A stretch of DNA of 64,000 nt from Vicinamibacteria bacterium (GTDB lineage: Bacteria; Acidobacteriota; Vicinamibacteria; Marinacidobacterales; Marinacidobacteraceae): NCBI GenBank assembly GCA_963422395.1, contig OY729431.1, positions 2,816,001-2,880,000 on the forward strand, read 5' to 3'. Shown here one piece after another: positions 1 through 8,870 of this stretch; position 1 is the stretch's first letter; the number at the start of each line of letters is the position of its first letter. Position numbers and translations under genes: made by a program. Below the pieces are notes generated by a model. It searched no databases. It was not told the DNA's origin and saw nothing but the letters and a program-made list of their open reading frames with translations.

Positions 1-448
1 CGGCGAAGGTCGCGGTAACCCCCGGCCGGCCGAACTCCACCGTCATCCCGCATTCACCGACCGAGACCCTCCCGGTGACATCGTTGGTCTTCACCTCTTC
101 GGTGCCTCGGCCGTGGACTCCGGTGGCTTCGTGGGAGACCAGCGGGTCGCTGAACGCCCGGCGCACGACCCGCGGCCAGGTCAGCTCCTGCGGTTCGATC
201 GCCGAGGTCGGACAGATGTCCGGCTCGGGGTCGAAGCGCAGCCGGAGCCAGCCGAGCACCCGGCGGACCGCGCGGAGCAGCGTCGGGTTCAGCCGCTCGG
301 TGCTGAGGCCGCGATAACAGCTGAAACACTCGACGCACTGGTCCGAATCCACCGCGGCGCGACCATCGTCCTCGATGCGGATCGCCGAGACCGGACAGAC
401 GGCGACACAGTTCCCGCAGCCGACGCAGCGGCTCTTCGAGATCCGCAT
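1..448 (-). CDS. 4Fe-4S dicluster domain protein (3'-truncated by the window edge; absent from the ORF track)
   Basis: Manual translation from ATG at 448: MRISKSRCVGCGNCVAVCPVSAIRIEDDGRAAVDSDQCVECFSCYRG...DICPTSAI...GRGTEEVKTNDVTGR. Has a CxxCxxCxxxCP motif plus a second split motif. The start lies 2 nt after the ino1 stop. Confidence 0.85.
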   Translation of the reverse strand, partial: MRISKSRCVGCGNCVAVCPVSAIRIEDDGRAAVDSDQCVECFSCYRGLSTERLNPTLLRAVRRVLGWLRLRFDPEPDICPTSAIEPQELTWPRVVRRAFSDPLVSHEATGVHGRGTEEVKTNDVTGRVSVGECGMTVEFGRPGVTATFA

Positions 449-450
449 CG

Positions 451-1788
451 TCAGCTCTCCCCCGAATCCCTGGTCTCGAGGGTGTACTCGCCGAGGTGGG
501 TGATGACTTCCTCTCCCATCAGATAGCGCAGGGTGTTCGTCAGCTTCTTGCGCTGGATGAACAGGTCGTGCTCGGGATACACCCCCGGCTTGCTCATCGG
601 GCTCTTGAAGAAGAACGACAGCCACTCCTGCACCCCGCGGAGGCCGGCACGCGCGGCGAGATCGAGCAGGAGCGCGAGGTCGAGGACCAGCGGGGCCGCG
701 AGGATCGAATCGCGGCAGAGGAAATCCACCTTGATCTGCATCTCGTACCCGAGCCAGCCGAAGATGTCGATGTTGTCCCAGCCTTCCTTGTTGTCGCGCC
801 GCGGCGGGTAGTAGTTGATGCGGACCTTGTGGTAGAGGTCGCCGTAGAGATCCGGGTACTTGTCGGGCTGCAGGATGTACTCGAGCACGCTCAGCTTGCT
901 CTCTTCCTTGGTTCGGAACGAGCCGGGATCGTCCAGCACTTCGCCGTCGCGGTTGCCGAGGATGTTCGTGGAGAACCAGCCGCTCAGACCGAGCATCCGC
1001 GCCTTCAGCCCCGGCGCGAGGATGGTCTTCATGAGCGTCTGCCCGGTCTTGAAGTCCTTGCCGGCCACCGCCGCGCCGCGCTCCGAAGCGAGCTGGCGGA
1101 GTGCCGGAATATCGGCGCTCAGGTTCGGGGCGCCGTTCGCGTAAGGAATACCGCAGCGCAAGGCGGCGTACGCATAGATCATGCTCGGAGCGATGTCGGG
1201 GGAGTTCTCCCGCAGGCCGCGCTCGAAGCTCTCGATATCCCGATGGACCTCCGATTCCTCGAGAAAGGTTTCGGTAGAGCCGCACCAGATCATCACCGCT
1301 CGCGCGGCGCCCGACGCCTCCCGCGCCCGCTCGATGTCCTCCATGAGCATCTTCGCTAGATCCATCCGGTTGGCGCCCTTCTTGACGAACGGCCCATCGA
1401 GCTTCTTCACGTATTCGCGGTCGAAAACGGCCTCCATGGGCTGGATCCCCGAAAGCTCTTCCCGGACCGAATCCAGGAGCGCCGGTTCGAGAACCCCGGC
1501 CTTCCGGGCGGCGGTGTAGGCATCGTCGGCGAACACATCCCAAGCGGCGAACGAGAGATCGTCCATGGCGCAGAGCGGCACGAAATCCCGGATCAGCGGA
1601 GCACGCCCTTCGGTGCGCCGCCCGAGCCGGATCGCGCCCATCTGCGTCACCGAACCGATCGGGGCCGCAAGGCCCTTGCGGATCGCGTGAACTCCAGCGA
1701 TGAAGGTCGTGCTGACCGCCCCGAGACCCGGCAACAGCACCATCAGCCCGCCTTCGGCAGGAGCCACCTCGAATCGCTGCTTCGGCAT
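451..1788 (-). CDS. ino1: myo-inositol-1-phosphate synthase
   Basis: GLGAVSTT, GKDFKTGQT, STNILGNRDG, DNKEGWDNID and CRDSILAAPLVLDL motifs. Confidence 0.95.
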   Translation of the reverse strand: MPKQRFEVAPAEGGLMVLLPGLGAVSTTFIAGVHAIRKGLAAPIGSVTQMGAIRLGRRTEGRAPLIRDFVPLCAMDDLSFAAWDVFADDAYTAARKAGVLEPALLDSVREELSGIQPMEAVFDREYVKKLDGPFVKKGANRMDLAKMLMEDIERAREASGAARAVMIWCGSTETFLEESEVHRDIESFERGLRENSPDIAPSMIYAYAALRCGIPYANGAPNLSADIPALRQLASERGAAVAGKDFKTGQTLMKTILAPGLKARMLGLSGWFSTNILGNRDGEVLDDPGSFRTKEESKLSVLEYILQPDKYPDLYGDLYHKVRINYYPPRRDNKEGWDNIDIFGWLGYEMQIKVDFLCRDSILAAPLVLDLALLLDLAARAGLRGVQEWLSFFFKSPMSKPGVYPEHDLFIQRKKLTNTLRYLMGEEVITHLGEYTLETRDSGES

Positions 1789-1925
1789 AACGGGCAGCGA
1801 AGTCTAGAACACGGCGGGGATTCCGGAGGCCGGCGCCTCCTGGACCGCGCTGGACCACCCCGAATCGGATCCCGCAAACGCTATCCTCCAACATGTCGCC
1901 TCCGGGTTCCCGGTCGCTCGACAAC

Positions 1926-3389
1926 ATGCGCCCGAGCGTCATTCGGCTTCTCTGCGGACTCCTGGCCGTGGTTTCGCTTTCTGCCTCCGCCGCCGCCGGG
2001 CAGCCTCTCCGGGAACTCCGGGTGATCCATCACGGCGATGCCTCGAAGCTGGCCATCCGCCAGTTCGGCGGGGTCGAGATGGTGCGCCTTTCGCGGATCG
2101 CCGACGCTCTCGAAGGCTCGCTCCGGCCCGGAGCCAGCGAACGGCAGGCGGTGCTGCGGGTGAGCGGTGAGACCCTCCGAGTGGAAGCAGGGCGCAGCTT
2201 CGTGATCGTGGGCCAGGCGACGCGCCTGCTGCGCAGCCCGAGCGTCCGCCGAGGCGGGGAGTGGTTCGTTCCCCTCGATTTCGTCTCTCGGGTGCTTCCC
2301 GATGTCCTGCCCGGCGAGAGTCGTTACGACCCTTCGGAACGGACCCTCGCCGTGGGCGAGGGGTATCCACAGCTCGCGGTGGCCATCGACAGCCGACCGA
2401 GCGCCACCCGGATCACCCTCGCGAGCGAGCCGCCGGTGCCCATGGAGATCGAGGAGAGAGAAGGCCGCGTTCTCGTCCAACTGCGGGTGGGCTTCCTCGA
2501 GACCGCCTTCCTGGGCGAGGCGACCCGCGACGGAGTCGTGGAACGGGTGGATCTGTCTCGCGCTGGCGAGGGGTACCTCCTCGAGATCACTACCGGCCGC
2601 AACTACGGCCGCCTGCTCCAGGATCGGGGGCGGGGGCGGCTGTCGATCGATCTCGTCCGCTCGGGGATGCGGGCCGAATCGGGCGCCGAAGTCCTTCCTC
2701 CGCGGCGAGAGCCGCCGGGGCCGCGGCGCCGAGACCCAGTGCGGCCCGGGGCCATCCGTGCCGTGGCCATCGATGCCGGCCACGGAGGCCCGGACCACGG
2801 AGCCCGGGGCCCCCGAGGGTTCGCGGAGAAGGATGTAGCACTCGCCGTGGCTCTGGCGCTCCGCGACCGGCTGGAAAACGATCACGGCCTCCAGGTGGTA
2901 TTGACCCGGAGCAGCGACCGCGGAATGGATCTCGACGACCGGACCGTCACCGCAAACGCCGCGGGGGCCGACCTGCTGGTGAGCATCCACTTGAACGCTT
3001 CACCCCATCCTGCCTCCTCGGGCAGCCTCGTGTACTACCGCTCGCCGGGCGGAGCGCCGCGGCCGGCGGCCGAGAGCGCGGTGTCCTTCGTCCCCTGGGA
3101 CGCCGCGCAGGCGCCGTTCGTTCCCGCGTCCCGTTCCCTCGCCGAAGCGCTGGCGGTAGAACTCGCTGTTCTCGCGATCCCGAGCCGGGGAATCGCCGAC
3201 GCCCCGCTGCGTATTCTCGGCAGTGCGGCCATGCCCGCAGTGCAGATCGAACTCGGATTCGTGACCTCGGCGCCGGACCGGGAATTCCTGATGCGGCCCG
3301 GGTTCGCCGACGAGGCGGCCGCAGCCCTGGCCGCGGGGATCCTCCGTTACCGGAGGAGCGGAAACGACATGCGACGGACGGGATCATGA
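1926..3389 (+). CDS. N-acetylmuramoyl-L-alanine amidase (Amidase_3) with signal peptide
   Basis: IDAGHGG, EKDVAL, SIHLN and PAVQIELGF motifs; N-terminal signal peptide. Confidence 0.9.
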   Translation: MRPSVIRLLCGLLAVVSLSASAAAGQPLRELRVIHHGDASKLAIRQFGGVEMVRLSRIADALEGSLRPGASERQAVLRVSGETLRVEAGRSFVIVGQATRLLRSPSVRRGGEWFVPLDFVSRVLPDVLPGESRYDPSERTLAVGEGYPQLAVAIDSRPSATRITLASEPPVPMEIEEREGRVLVQLRVGFLETAFLGEATRDGVVERVDLSRAGEGYLLEITTGRNYGRLLQDRGRGRLSIDLVRSGMRAESGAEVLPPRREPPGPRRRDPVRPGAIRAVAIDAGHGGPDHGARGPRGFAEKDVALAVALALRDRLENDHGLQVVLTRSSDRGMDLDDRTVTANAAGADLLVSIHLNASPHPASSGSLVYYRSPGGAPRPAAESAVSFVPWDAAQAPFVPASRSLAEALAVELAVLAIPSRGIADAPLRILGSAAMPAVQIELGFVTSAPDREFLMRPGFADEAAAALAAGILRYRRSGNDMRRTGS

Positions 3390-4033
3390 CCGCGAAGAGC
3401 GATTCCGCGTCCGCACGTGCTCGGCCAGGATCGCTCTCTCTCATCGCCCTGTTGCTCGCCGCGGGCTCTGCCGGCTGCGGCGGCGCCCCGGAGGCTGCTT
3501 CTGCAGCGTCTCCGGCAGCCGACGACGCTCTCGCCGCGGAGGAGGAGAACGAAGAAACGCCGGTCCCGATGGCATCCGCGACGGCGCAGTCGCCGCCGGA
3601 CCATCTCCCCCCGACGGGAAAGATCCCCGAGGCCGGCCCCGACGGGCGGCTTCGATTCCGAGAGGTGGAGCTTCCCGATCTGCCCACCACCCGGGAGCGC
3701 GCCGAGGCTCTCGTTCGCAGAGTGGTGAACGAATCCGGGACCTTTCCGGACGAGGTACAGGTTCTGGATGTGTTCGTGAGCGGCCGCGGAATGGCGGTGG
3801 TCGACTTCACCCTCGACCTGGTGGAGGACCATCCCGGGGGCATCCACGCCGAGGAGCTGACGGTGTACAGCCTCAGCCACGCGCTGCTTTCGAGCTTTCC
3901 GGCGATCGCTCAGGTCCGGCTGCTCGTCGAGGGGCGGGAGAGCGAAACCCTCGCCGGGCACCTGGATCTCCGGGCCGGTTTCGGCAGGGCTCCGGACCGG
4001 CTGCTCGCCGATCCCGACGGTGGCGGCGGGTGA
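3386..4033 (+). CDS. GerMN-domain lipoprotein
   Basis: ATGA overlap with the amidase stop; lipobox SAGC; C-terminal EELTVYSLSHAL...VRLLVEGRESETLAGHLDL typical of GerMN. Confidence 0.85.
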   Translation: MTAKSDSASARARPGSLSLIALLLAAGSAGCGGAPEAASAASPAADDALAAEEENEETPVPMASATAQSPPDHLPPTGKIPEAGPDGRLRFREVELPDLPTTRERAEALVRRVVNESGTFPDEVQVLDVFVSGRGMAVVDFTLDLVEDHPGGIHAEELTVYSLSHALLSSFPAIAQVRLLVEGRESETLAGHLDLRAGFGRAPDRLLADPDGGGG

Positions 4034-4764
4034 AGCGGAGCGGCGGGCGCGGAGCGCGGGAACTTCGCCGCCTGGAGTTCCAGCCCGGTTTCCTGCGCCG
4101 CACTCCCGGCTCGGTGCTCGTTCGCCAGGGGCATACGCAGCTGGTCTGCGCGGTAGGCATCGAAGACAGTGTTCCGGGCTGGATCCGGGGGCGGGGCCGC
4201 GGCTGGATCACCGCCGAATACGGAATGCTGCCGCTTTCCTCGGGAGAACGGATCCGGCGAGACCGGAATGGAGTCCCCGGCCGCACGGCGGAGATCCAGC
4301 GCCTCATCGGCCGCGCCCTGCGGGCGGCGGTGGACCTCGCCGCGCTCGGAGAGCGCACGGTGCGGGTGGACTGCGATGTGATCGAGGCCGACGGCGGCAC
4401 CCGGACCGCAGCCGTCACCGGAGGGTTCGTGGCCCTCTCGCTGGCCTTGCACCGGCTTCAGCAGCAGGGGGTGCTCCGGGCTTCGCCGCTCCGCCGGCAG
4501 CTCGCCGCGGTGAGTGTCGGGATGGTGGACGGGGAGGTTCTGCTGGACCTCGACTACTCCGAGGACTCTCGCGCCTCGGTGGATCTCACCGTGGTCCAGG
4601 CCGCCGACGGCCCTTTGATCGAAGTGCAGGGCACCGCCGAGGCGGCACCCTTCAGTCGGCGGATACTGGACGACCTGCTCGACACCGCCGCCGTCGGGAT
4701 CACCCGTCTCACCAGCCGCCAGCGAGAAGTGCTCGCCGGCATTCCGTTGCCCGAGGGCAGCTGA
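4030..4764 (+). CDS. rph: ribonuclease PH
   Basis: GWITAEYGMLP, GRTAEIQRLIGRALRA, DCDVIEADGGTRTA motifs. Confidence 0.95.
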   Translation: MKRSGGRGARELRRLEFQPGFLRRTPGSVLVRQGHTQLVCAVGIEDSVPGWIRGRGRGWITAEYGMLPLSSGERIRRDRNGVPGRTAEIQRLIGRALRAAVDLAALGERTVRVDCDVIEADGGTRTAAVTGGFVALSLALHRLQQQGVLRASPLRRQLAAVSVGMVDGEVLLDLDYSEDSRASVDLTVVQAADGPLIEVQGTAEAAPFSRRILDDLLDTAAVGITRLTSRQREVLAGIPLPEGS

Positions 4765-4772
4765 GGCGGGGG

Positions 4773-5579
4773 ATGATCCCGCCCGGCGGGGAGCCGCGGT
4801 TGGTACTCGCCACCGGGAATCCGGGGAAGGTTCGCGAAATGCGTGCGGCACTCGCCGGGACGCCCGTCCGGCTGGTGTCTCTCGGGGACCTCGACGGCGC
4901 GCCTGCCGAAGAGCCCCCGGAGACCGGAGAGAGCTTTCTCGCCAATGCCGCGATCAAGGCCCTCTGCTACGAGGCGACGACGGGGATCCCCGCGCTCGCC
5001 GAGGACTCGGGCCTCGAGGTCGATGCGCTCGACGGTGGGCCTGGAGTCCGTTCCTCCCGCTGGTTGGGCCGGGAAACCCCCTATGTCGAAAAGAACCGGG
5101 CGCTGCTCGAACAGGTGGCGATCGATCCGGAGCAGCGGCGGGGCGCGCGCTACTGCTCGGCGGTAGCGATTGCGGCGACCGGCAGGATCGTCTTCCGGTC
5201 CGCCGGGGTGGTGGTAGGGCGAATCACTGCCGTTCCGCGCGGGAGCGGCGGATTCGGCTACGACCCGGTGTTCTTCCTGCCGGAGCGCGGCCGGACGATG
5301 GCGCAGCTGAGCCTGGCCGAGAAGCAGCGGATCAGCCATCGGGGGCGCGCGTTGCGGCCGGTGCGGGAATTCCTCCGTGCCGCCACCCTCGCCGAGCCCC
5401 CTATAATTCCCGGAGATTCTCGGGGCGTGGCGCAGTCTGGCAGCGCGCCTGCTTTGGGAGCAGGAGGCCGGAGGTTCGAATCCTCTCGCCCCGACCAGAG
5501 GGCGGGCCGACTCGGCGACGGCAGTTCTCCGCAGCCGGATCCGACGGAGCGCGGGAGCGCCAGTAGCTCAGCAGGATAG
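4773..5579 (+). CDS. rdgB: RdgB/HAM1 non-canonical purine NTP pyrophosphatase (frame runs through tRNA-Pro)
   Basis: [40 protein letters not shown] and ISHRGRAL motifs; follows rph. Confidence 0.9.
   Translation: MIPPGGEPRLVLATGNPGKVREMRAALAGTPVRLVSLGDLDGAPAEEPPETGESFLANAAIKALCYEATTGIPALAEDSGLEVDALDGGPGVRSSRWLGRETPYVEKNRALLEQVAIDPEQRRGARYCSAVAIAATGRIVFRSAGVVVGRITAVPRGSGGFGYDPVFFLPERGRTMAQLSLAEKQRISHRGRALRPVREFLRAATLAEPPIIPGDSRGVAQSGSAPALGAGGRRFESSRPDQRAGRLGDGSSPQPDPTERGSASSSAG
5402..5407 (+). promoter_or_regulatory. putative -10 box (TATAAT) for the tRNA-Pro/Arg/His operon
   Basis: Perfect TATAAT in very GC-rich DNA, ending 13 nt upstream of tRNA-Pro; no clear -35. Confidence 0.6.
5421..5497 (+). 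tRNA. tRNA-Pro(TGG)
   Basis: Cloverleaf; anticodon arm CCTGC-TTTGGGA-GCAGG; GGTTCGAATCC T-arm; encoded CCA. Confidence 0.97.
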
Positions 5580-5630
5580 AGCGGCGGCCTTCTAAGCCGC
5601 GGGTCGGGGGTTCGAATCCTCCCTGGCGCG
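5557..5630 (+). tRNA. tRNA-Arg(TCT)
   Basis: Anticodon arm GCGGC-CTTCTAA-GCCGC; canonical D- and T-arms; CCA not encoded. Confidence 0.95.
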
Positions 5631-5659
5631 CCGACCGGGGGCATCTCTCTTCCGTCGCT

Positions 5660-5732
5660 GGTGGATGTAGCTCAATGGCAGAGCACCGGATTGTGGTTCC
5701 GGTGGTTGGGGGTTCGAGTCCCCTCATCCACC
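5660..5732 (+). tRNA. tRNA-His(GTG)
   Basis: G-1, anticodon arm CCGGA-TTGTGGT-TCCGG, C discriminator. Confidence 0.95.
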
Positions 5733-6695
5733 CCGGCGCTTCGGGGGGCAGCCCGACCGGAACTGCGGCGAACCGGGCTCCCGCCGCAGGTGGAGGCAGC
5801 CGAAGAGCGGCGCGAGCGGCGGCAGGTCGGAGCGGCCGGCCAAATAGCGGGCGGTCTGGTCGGCCGGCGAGTCGTGCTGCACGAGTTCCCAATCCTCTTC
5901 GAGAGCCAACTCGCGCAGCACCGCGGCAGGATCGAAAGCCGACAGCATGGGCTCTCCCAGGCGCGCCACGAACCGTTGCATCCTCCGCAGCAACACCCGA
6001 TCCTCGGAGGCCAGCCGGTCTCCTGCGATCAGGTAGTCGAAGGCGAGCTCCGAACCGGGCGCTGCGATCTCGGCGAGCTCGTCCAGGGTGCGGGCGATGG
6101 CGCCGGCGGTCAGATAGCAGGTGACTCCCATCCAGGTGAAGAAGGTCGGCTTCCCGCGGTCGAAACCCGAGGACGCCAACCGCTCTCCGAGGGAGTCGCG
6201 CTCGAAGTCCAGGGGCACGAACCGCAGCCGCGGCGGGCGGGCGATTCCGGCAGCCGCCATCCGTTCCTGTTTCAGCACCTGGGTCGCTTCGAGATCCGCT
6301 TCGAACACGGTGAGGGGAAGGTCGGGCCGGCGGAATGCGAACGTCTCGAAGCCCGAGCCGAGGAGCACGAGTTGGGAGACCCTCCGGCCGGCGGCCAGAA
6401 CGATCCGGTCTTCGGCGAAGCGGGCCCGGACCAGCGGCTGCATGGTGATCGGCATGAGCCCTCGCAGCACCACCCGGGAGTACATCCACTCGAGCGGGTT
6501 CGACTCGATGATGCGCCGCCAGCGCTTCCCGGCGAAGTGGATCGCCAAGCGGTCTTCGACGATCCAGGGGGGCGGGTGCCGGCGGAAGTGCAGCGCACGG
6601 ACCGCCGCCACCGCCGCTGCAGTCCGGCTGCCGCGCAACGGAGCGAGGGTCTTCGGACGGCGCCCTGCTCGGGGTCCGGAATCCGGTTCGGTCAT
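5724..6695 (-). CDS. class I SAM-dependent methyltransferase (LCM/TIGR00027-like)
   Basis: RARFAED, QLVLLGSGFETFAFR, FVPLDFE and WMGVTCYL motifs; start overlaps the upstream ADH stop. Confidence 0.85.
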   Translation of the reverse strand: MTEPDSGPRAGRRPKTLAPLRGSRTAAAVAAVRALHFRRHPPPWIVEDRLAIHFAGKRWRRIIESNPLEWMYSRVVLRGLMPITMQPLVRARFAEDRIVLAAGRRVSQLVLLGSGFETFAFRRPDLPLTVFEADLEATQVLKQERMAAAGIARPPRLRFVPLDFERDSLGERLASSGFDRGKPTFFTWMGVTCYLTAGAIARTLDELAEIAAPGSELAFDYLIAGDRLASEDRVLLRRMQRFVARLGEPMLSAFDPAAVLRELALEEDWELVQHDSPADQTARYLAGRSDLPPLAPLFGCLHLRREPGSPQFRSGCPPKRRGG

Positions 6696-7792
6696 GCGTG
6701 CTCCGCCGCGGCGATCAGTGCTTTCGTGACCTGGAGCGCCGCGACATCGGCGAGAGCCTGGTTCGCCTGCTCGAGGCGGTAGCGCCTCCCGATCACCTCG
6801 GCGAACGGGATCCGCTCCCGGTAGCGGACGAGCGTGTCGAGCGCACGCTTCCAGTGGTGGAACTCGCTGCCCCACTGCCCGCGGATCTCAGCATGCTTGC
6901 GGTTGATGTCGAGATGCGGGTTCACCGCGACCGCTCCCGCATCGGTGTAGTGCCCCACGATGACATAGCGCCCGCCGTCCCGGAGCAGGGCGAATCCCTC
7001 GGGTACCGCCGCCGGGTTTCCGCTCGCCTCGATCACGACATCGGCGCCGCGGCCTTCGCTGGCCGCCCGTACTCGCCGGGTCCGCTCTGCTTCGTCCACC
7101 CCGTCGAGAGCGAGCGCTTCATCCGCACCCATGCGCAGCGCCAGGGCGCGCCGCGCCGCGGGCTCGCCGACGGCGAAGATCGAGCCCGCTCCCGAGATCC
7201 GGGCGAAGGCGATGGACGAGAGCCCCACCGGCCCCACGCCTTGCACCACCACGCTGTCGCCGAGGCGGATGTCGGCGCGGTCCACCGCCGCGAATCCGGT
7301 GAAGAGTCCGCAACCTCCCCCGAGGAAGTCGTCCACCGCGAGCTCCCCGGGCACGGCCAGGATCCTCACTCCGGGAAGGAGCAGGATGTTCTCCGCCCAA
7401 CCGCCGAGCAAACCCTCGTCGGCGGAATACGTGATCCCGTACACCCGCCGCTGCGGGCACCGGTTCGGCTGGCGGGCCACCAGGCACTGATGACAGGCGT
7501 GGCAAGTCGCGTGGACATCGAAAAAAGTGACGACGCTGCCCTCGGCGATCGGGAGGCCCGCGGCATCCCGCGCGACCCCGTTCGCCGCCGCGATCCGGCC
7601 GACGCTCACATGCCCGGGGATGATGGGATAGGGGACGCCCGCCAGCCGGCCATCGCGCAGATGCACATCGGTGCCGCACACCTCGGAAGCGATGGTTTCC
7701 AGCAAGATTTCGCCTGGCCGCGGATCGGGGACGGGCAACTCGCGGATCTCGGCGGGACGACCGGGCGCAGGAATTACCACCGCCCGCGCCAT
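6692..7792 (-). CDS. zinc-dependent alcohol dehydrogenase (MDR family)
   Basis: CGTDVH, GHVSVG, CHACHQC...C structural Zn site, GVGPVG. Confidence 0.92.
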   Translation of the reverse strand: MARAVVIPAPGRPAEIRELPVPDPRPGEILLETIASEVCGTDVHLRDGRLAGVPYPIIPGHVSVGRIAAANGVARDAAGLPIAEGSVVTFFDVHATCHACHQCLVARQPNRCPQRRVYGITYSADEGLLGGWAENILLLPGVRILAVPGELAVDDFLGGGCGLFTGFAAVDRADIRLGDSVVVQGVGPVGLSSIAFARISGAGSIFAVGEPAARRALALRMGADEALALDGVDEAERTRRVRAASEGRGADVVIEASGNPAAVPEGFALLRDGGRYVIVGHYTDAGAVAVNPHLDINRKHAEIRGQWGSEFHHWKRALDTLVRYRERIPFAEVIGRRYRLEQANQALADVAALQVTKALIAAAEHA

Positions 7793-7938
7793 CCGCTTCG
7801 ACCGGCGGGGCGAATCCCAGCGGTCCGAATCGATTCCGCTCAGGGTTTCTCCAGTCGTGGGGCCTTCATCCTACGCAAGGCAGCCAAGACTGCCGCGGCC
7901 TTTCCCCACCCGGTCTGCGCGGGCTAGCCTCACCGGCC

Positions 7939-8847
7939 ATGGCACTCCATCGGATCGGATTCATCGGCCTCGGGGTCATGGGAAAGCCGATGGCGGGGAA
8001 TCTCCTCGCCGCCGGTTTCGATCTCACCGTCCACAGCCGCTCTCCAGGACCGGTGAACGAAATCGTCGCTGCCGGGGCGCGCCGCGCCGACTCTCCCGCA
8101 GCCTGCGCCAGCGGGCAGGGAGCCGTCGTCCTCATGCTCCCCGATTCGCCCGATTCCGAACTCGTGATGCTGGGGAATGCCGGAGTGCTGGCGGCCAAGG
8201 ACCCCCCGCCGCTCGTCGCCGACATGTCCTCGATCGAGCCCGGAGTGTCCCGCCGGCTCGCCGCCGCCGCCCGGGAGCGGGGAGTCGCGTTCGTGGACGC
8301 CCCGGTGAGTGGAGGGGAGCCGGGCGCGAAAGCGGGCGAACTCGCCATCATGGCCGGAGGCGAGCCCGCTGCCTTCGAGGCGCTCGGCCCGCTGTTCGAG
8401 GTGCTGGGAAAGAGCGCGGTTCTCTGCGGCAGCGCCGGGGCGGGGAACGCGGTGAAGCTCGCGAACCAGATGATCGTGGCCGCCAACATCCAGGCGGTGG
8501 GGGAAGCACTGGTGTTCGCCGTCCGTTCCGGGCTCGACCCGGGCGTCGTGGTGGAAGCGATCCAGGGCGGCCTCGCGGGCAGCGCGGTCCTGAGCGCCAA
8601 GGCGCCCCGAATGATCGCCGGGGACTGGAAACCCGGATTCCGCCTCGAACTCCATTTGAAGGACCTCGACAACGCCCTCGCCGCCGCCCGGGATCGCGAA
8701 AGCCCGGTCCCGGTGACCACCGTCGTCCGCCAGTTCGTGAAGACGCTGGTCGACAACGGCCACGCCGCCGAAGACCACGCCGCCATCGCCCGCTACTGCG
8801 AGGAGATCGCCGGCGCCACGATCGCGGACGCCCGACCGAGGGAGTGA
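7939..8847 (+). CDS. 2-hydroxy-3-oxopropionate reductase / beta-hydroxyacid dehydrogenase
   Basis: GFIGLGVMGKPMA, FVDAPVSGG, KLANQ and PGFRLELHLKDL motifs. Confidence 0.9.
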   Translation: MALHRIGFIGLGVMGKPMAGNLLAAGFDLTVHSRSPGPVNEIVAAGARRADSPAACASGQGAVVLMLPDSPDSELVMLGNAGVLAAKDPPPLVADMSSIEPGVSRRLAAAARERGVAFVDAPVSGGEPGAKAGELAIMAGGEPAAFEALGPLFEVLGKSAVLCGSAGAGNAVKLANQMIVAANIQAVGEALVFAVRSGLDPGVVVEAIQGGLAGSAVLSAKAPRMIAGDWKPGFRLELHLKDLDNALAAARDRESPVPVTTVVRQFVKTLVDNGHAAEDHAAIARYCEEIAGATIADARPRE

Positions 8848-8870
8848 TCGTCCGTTTCTGCTGCCACCCA

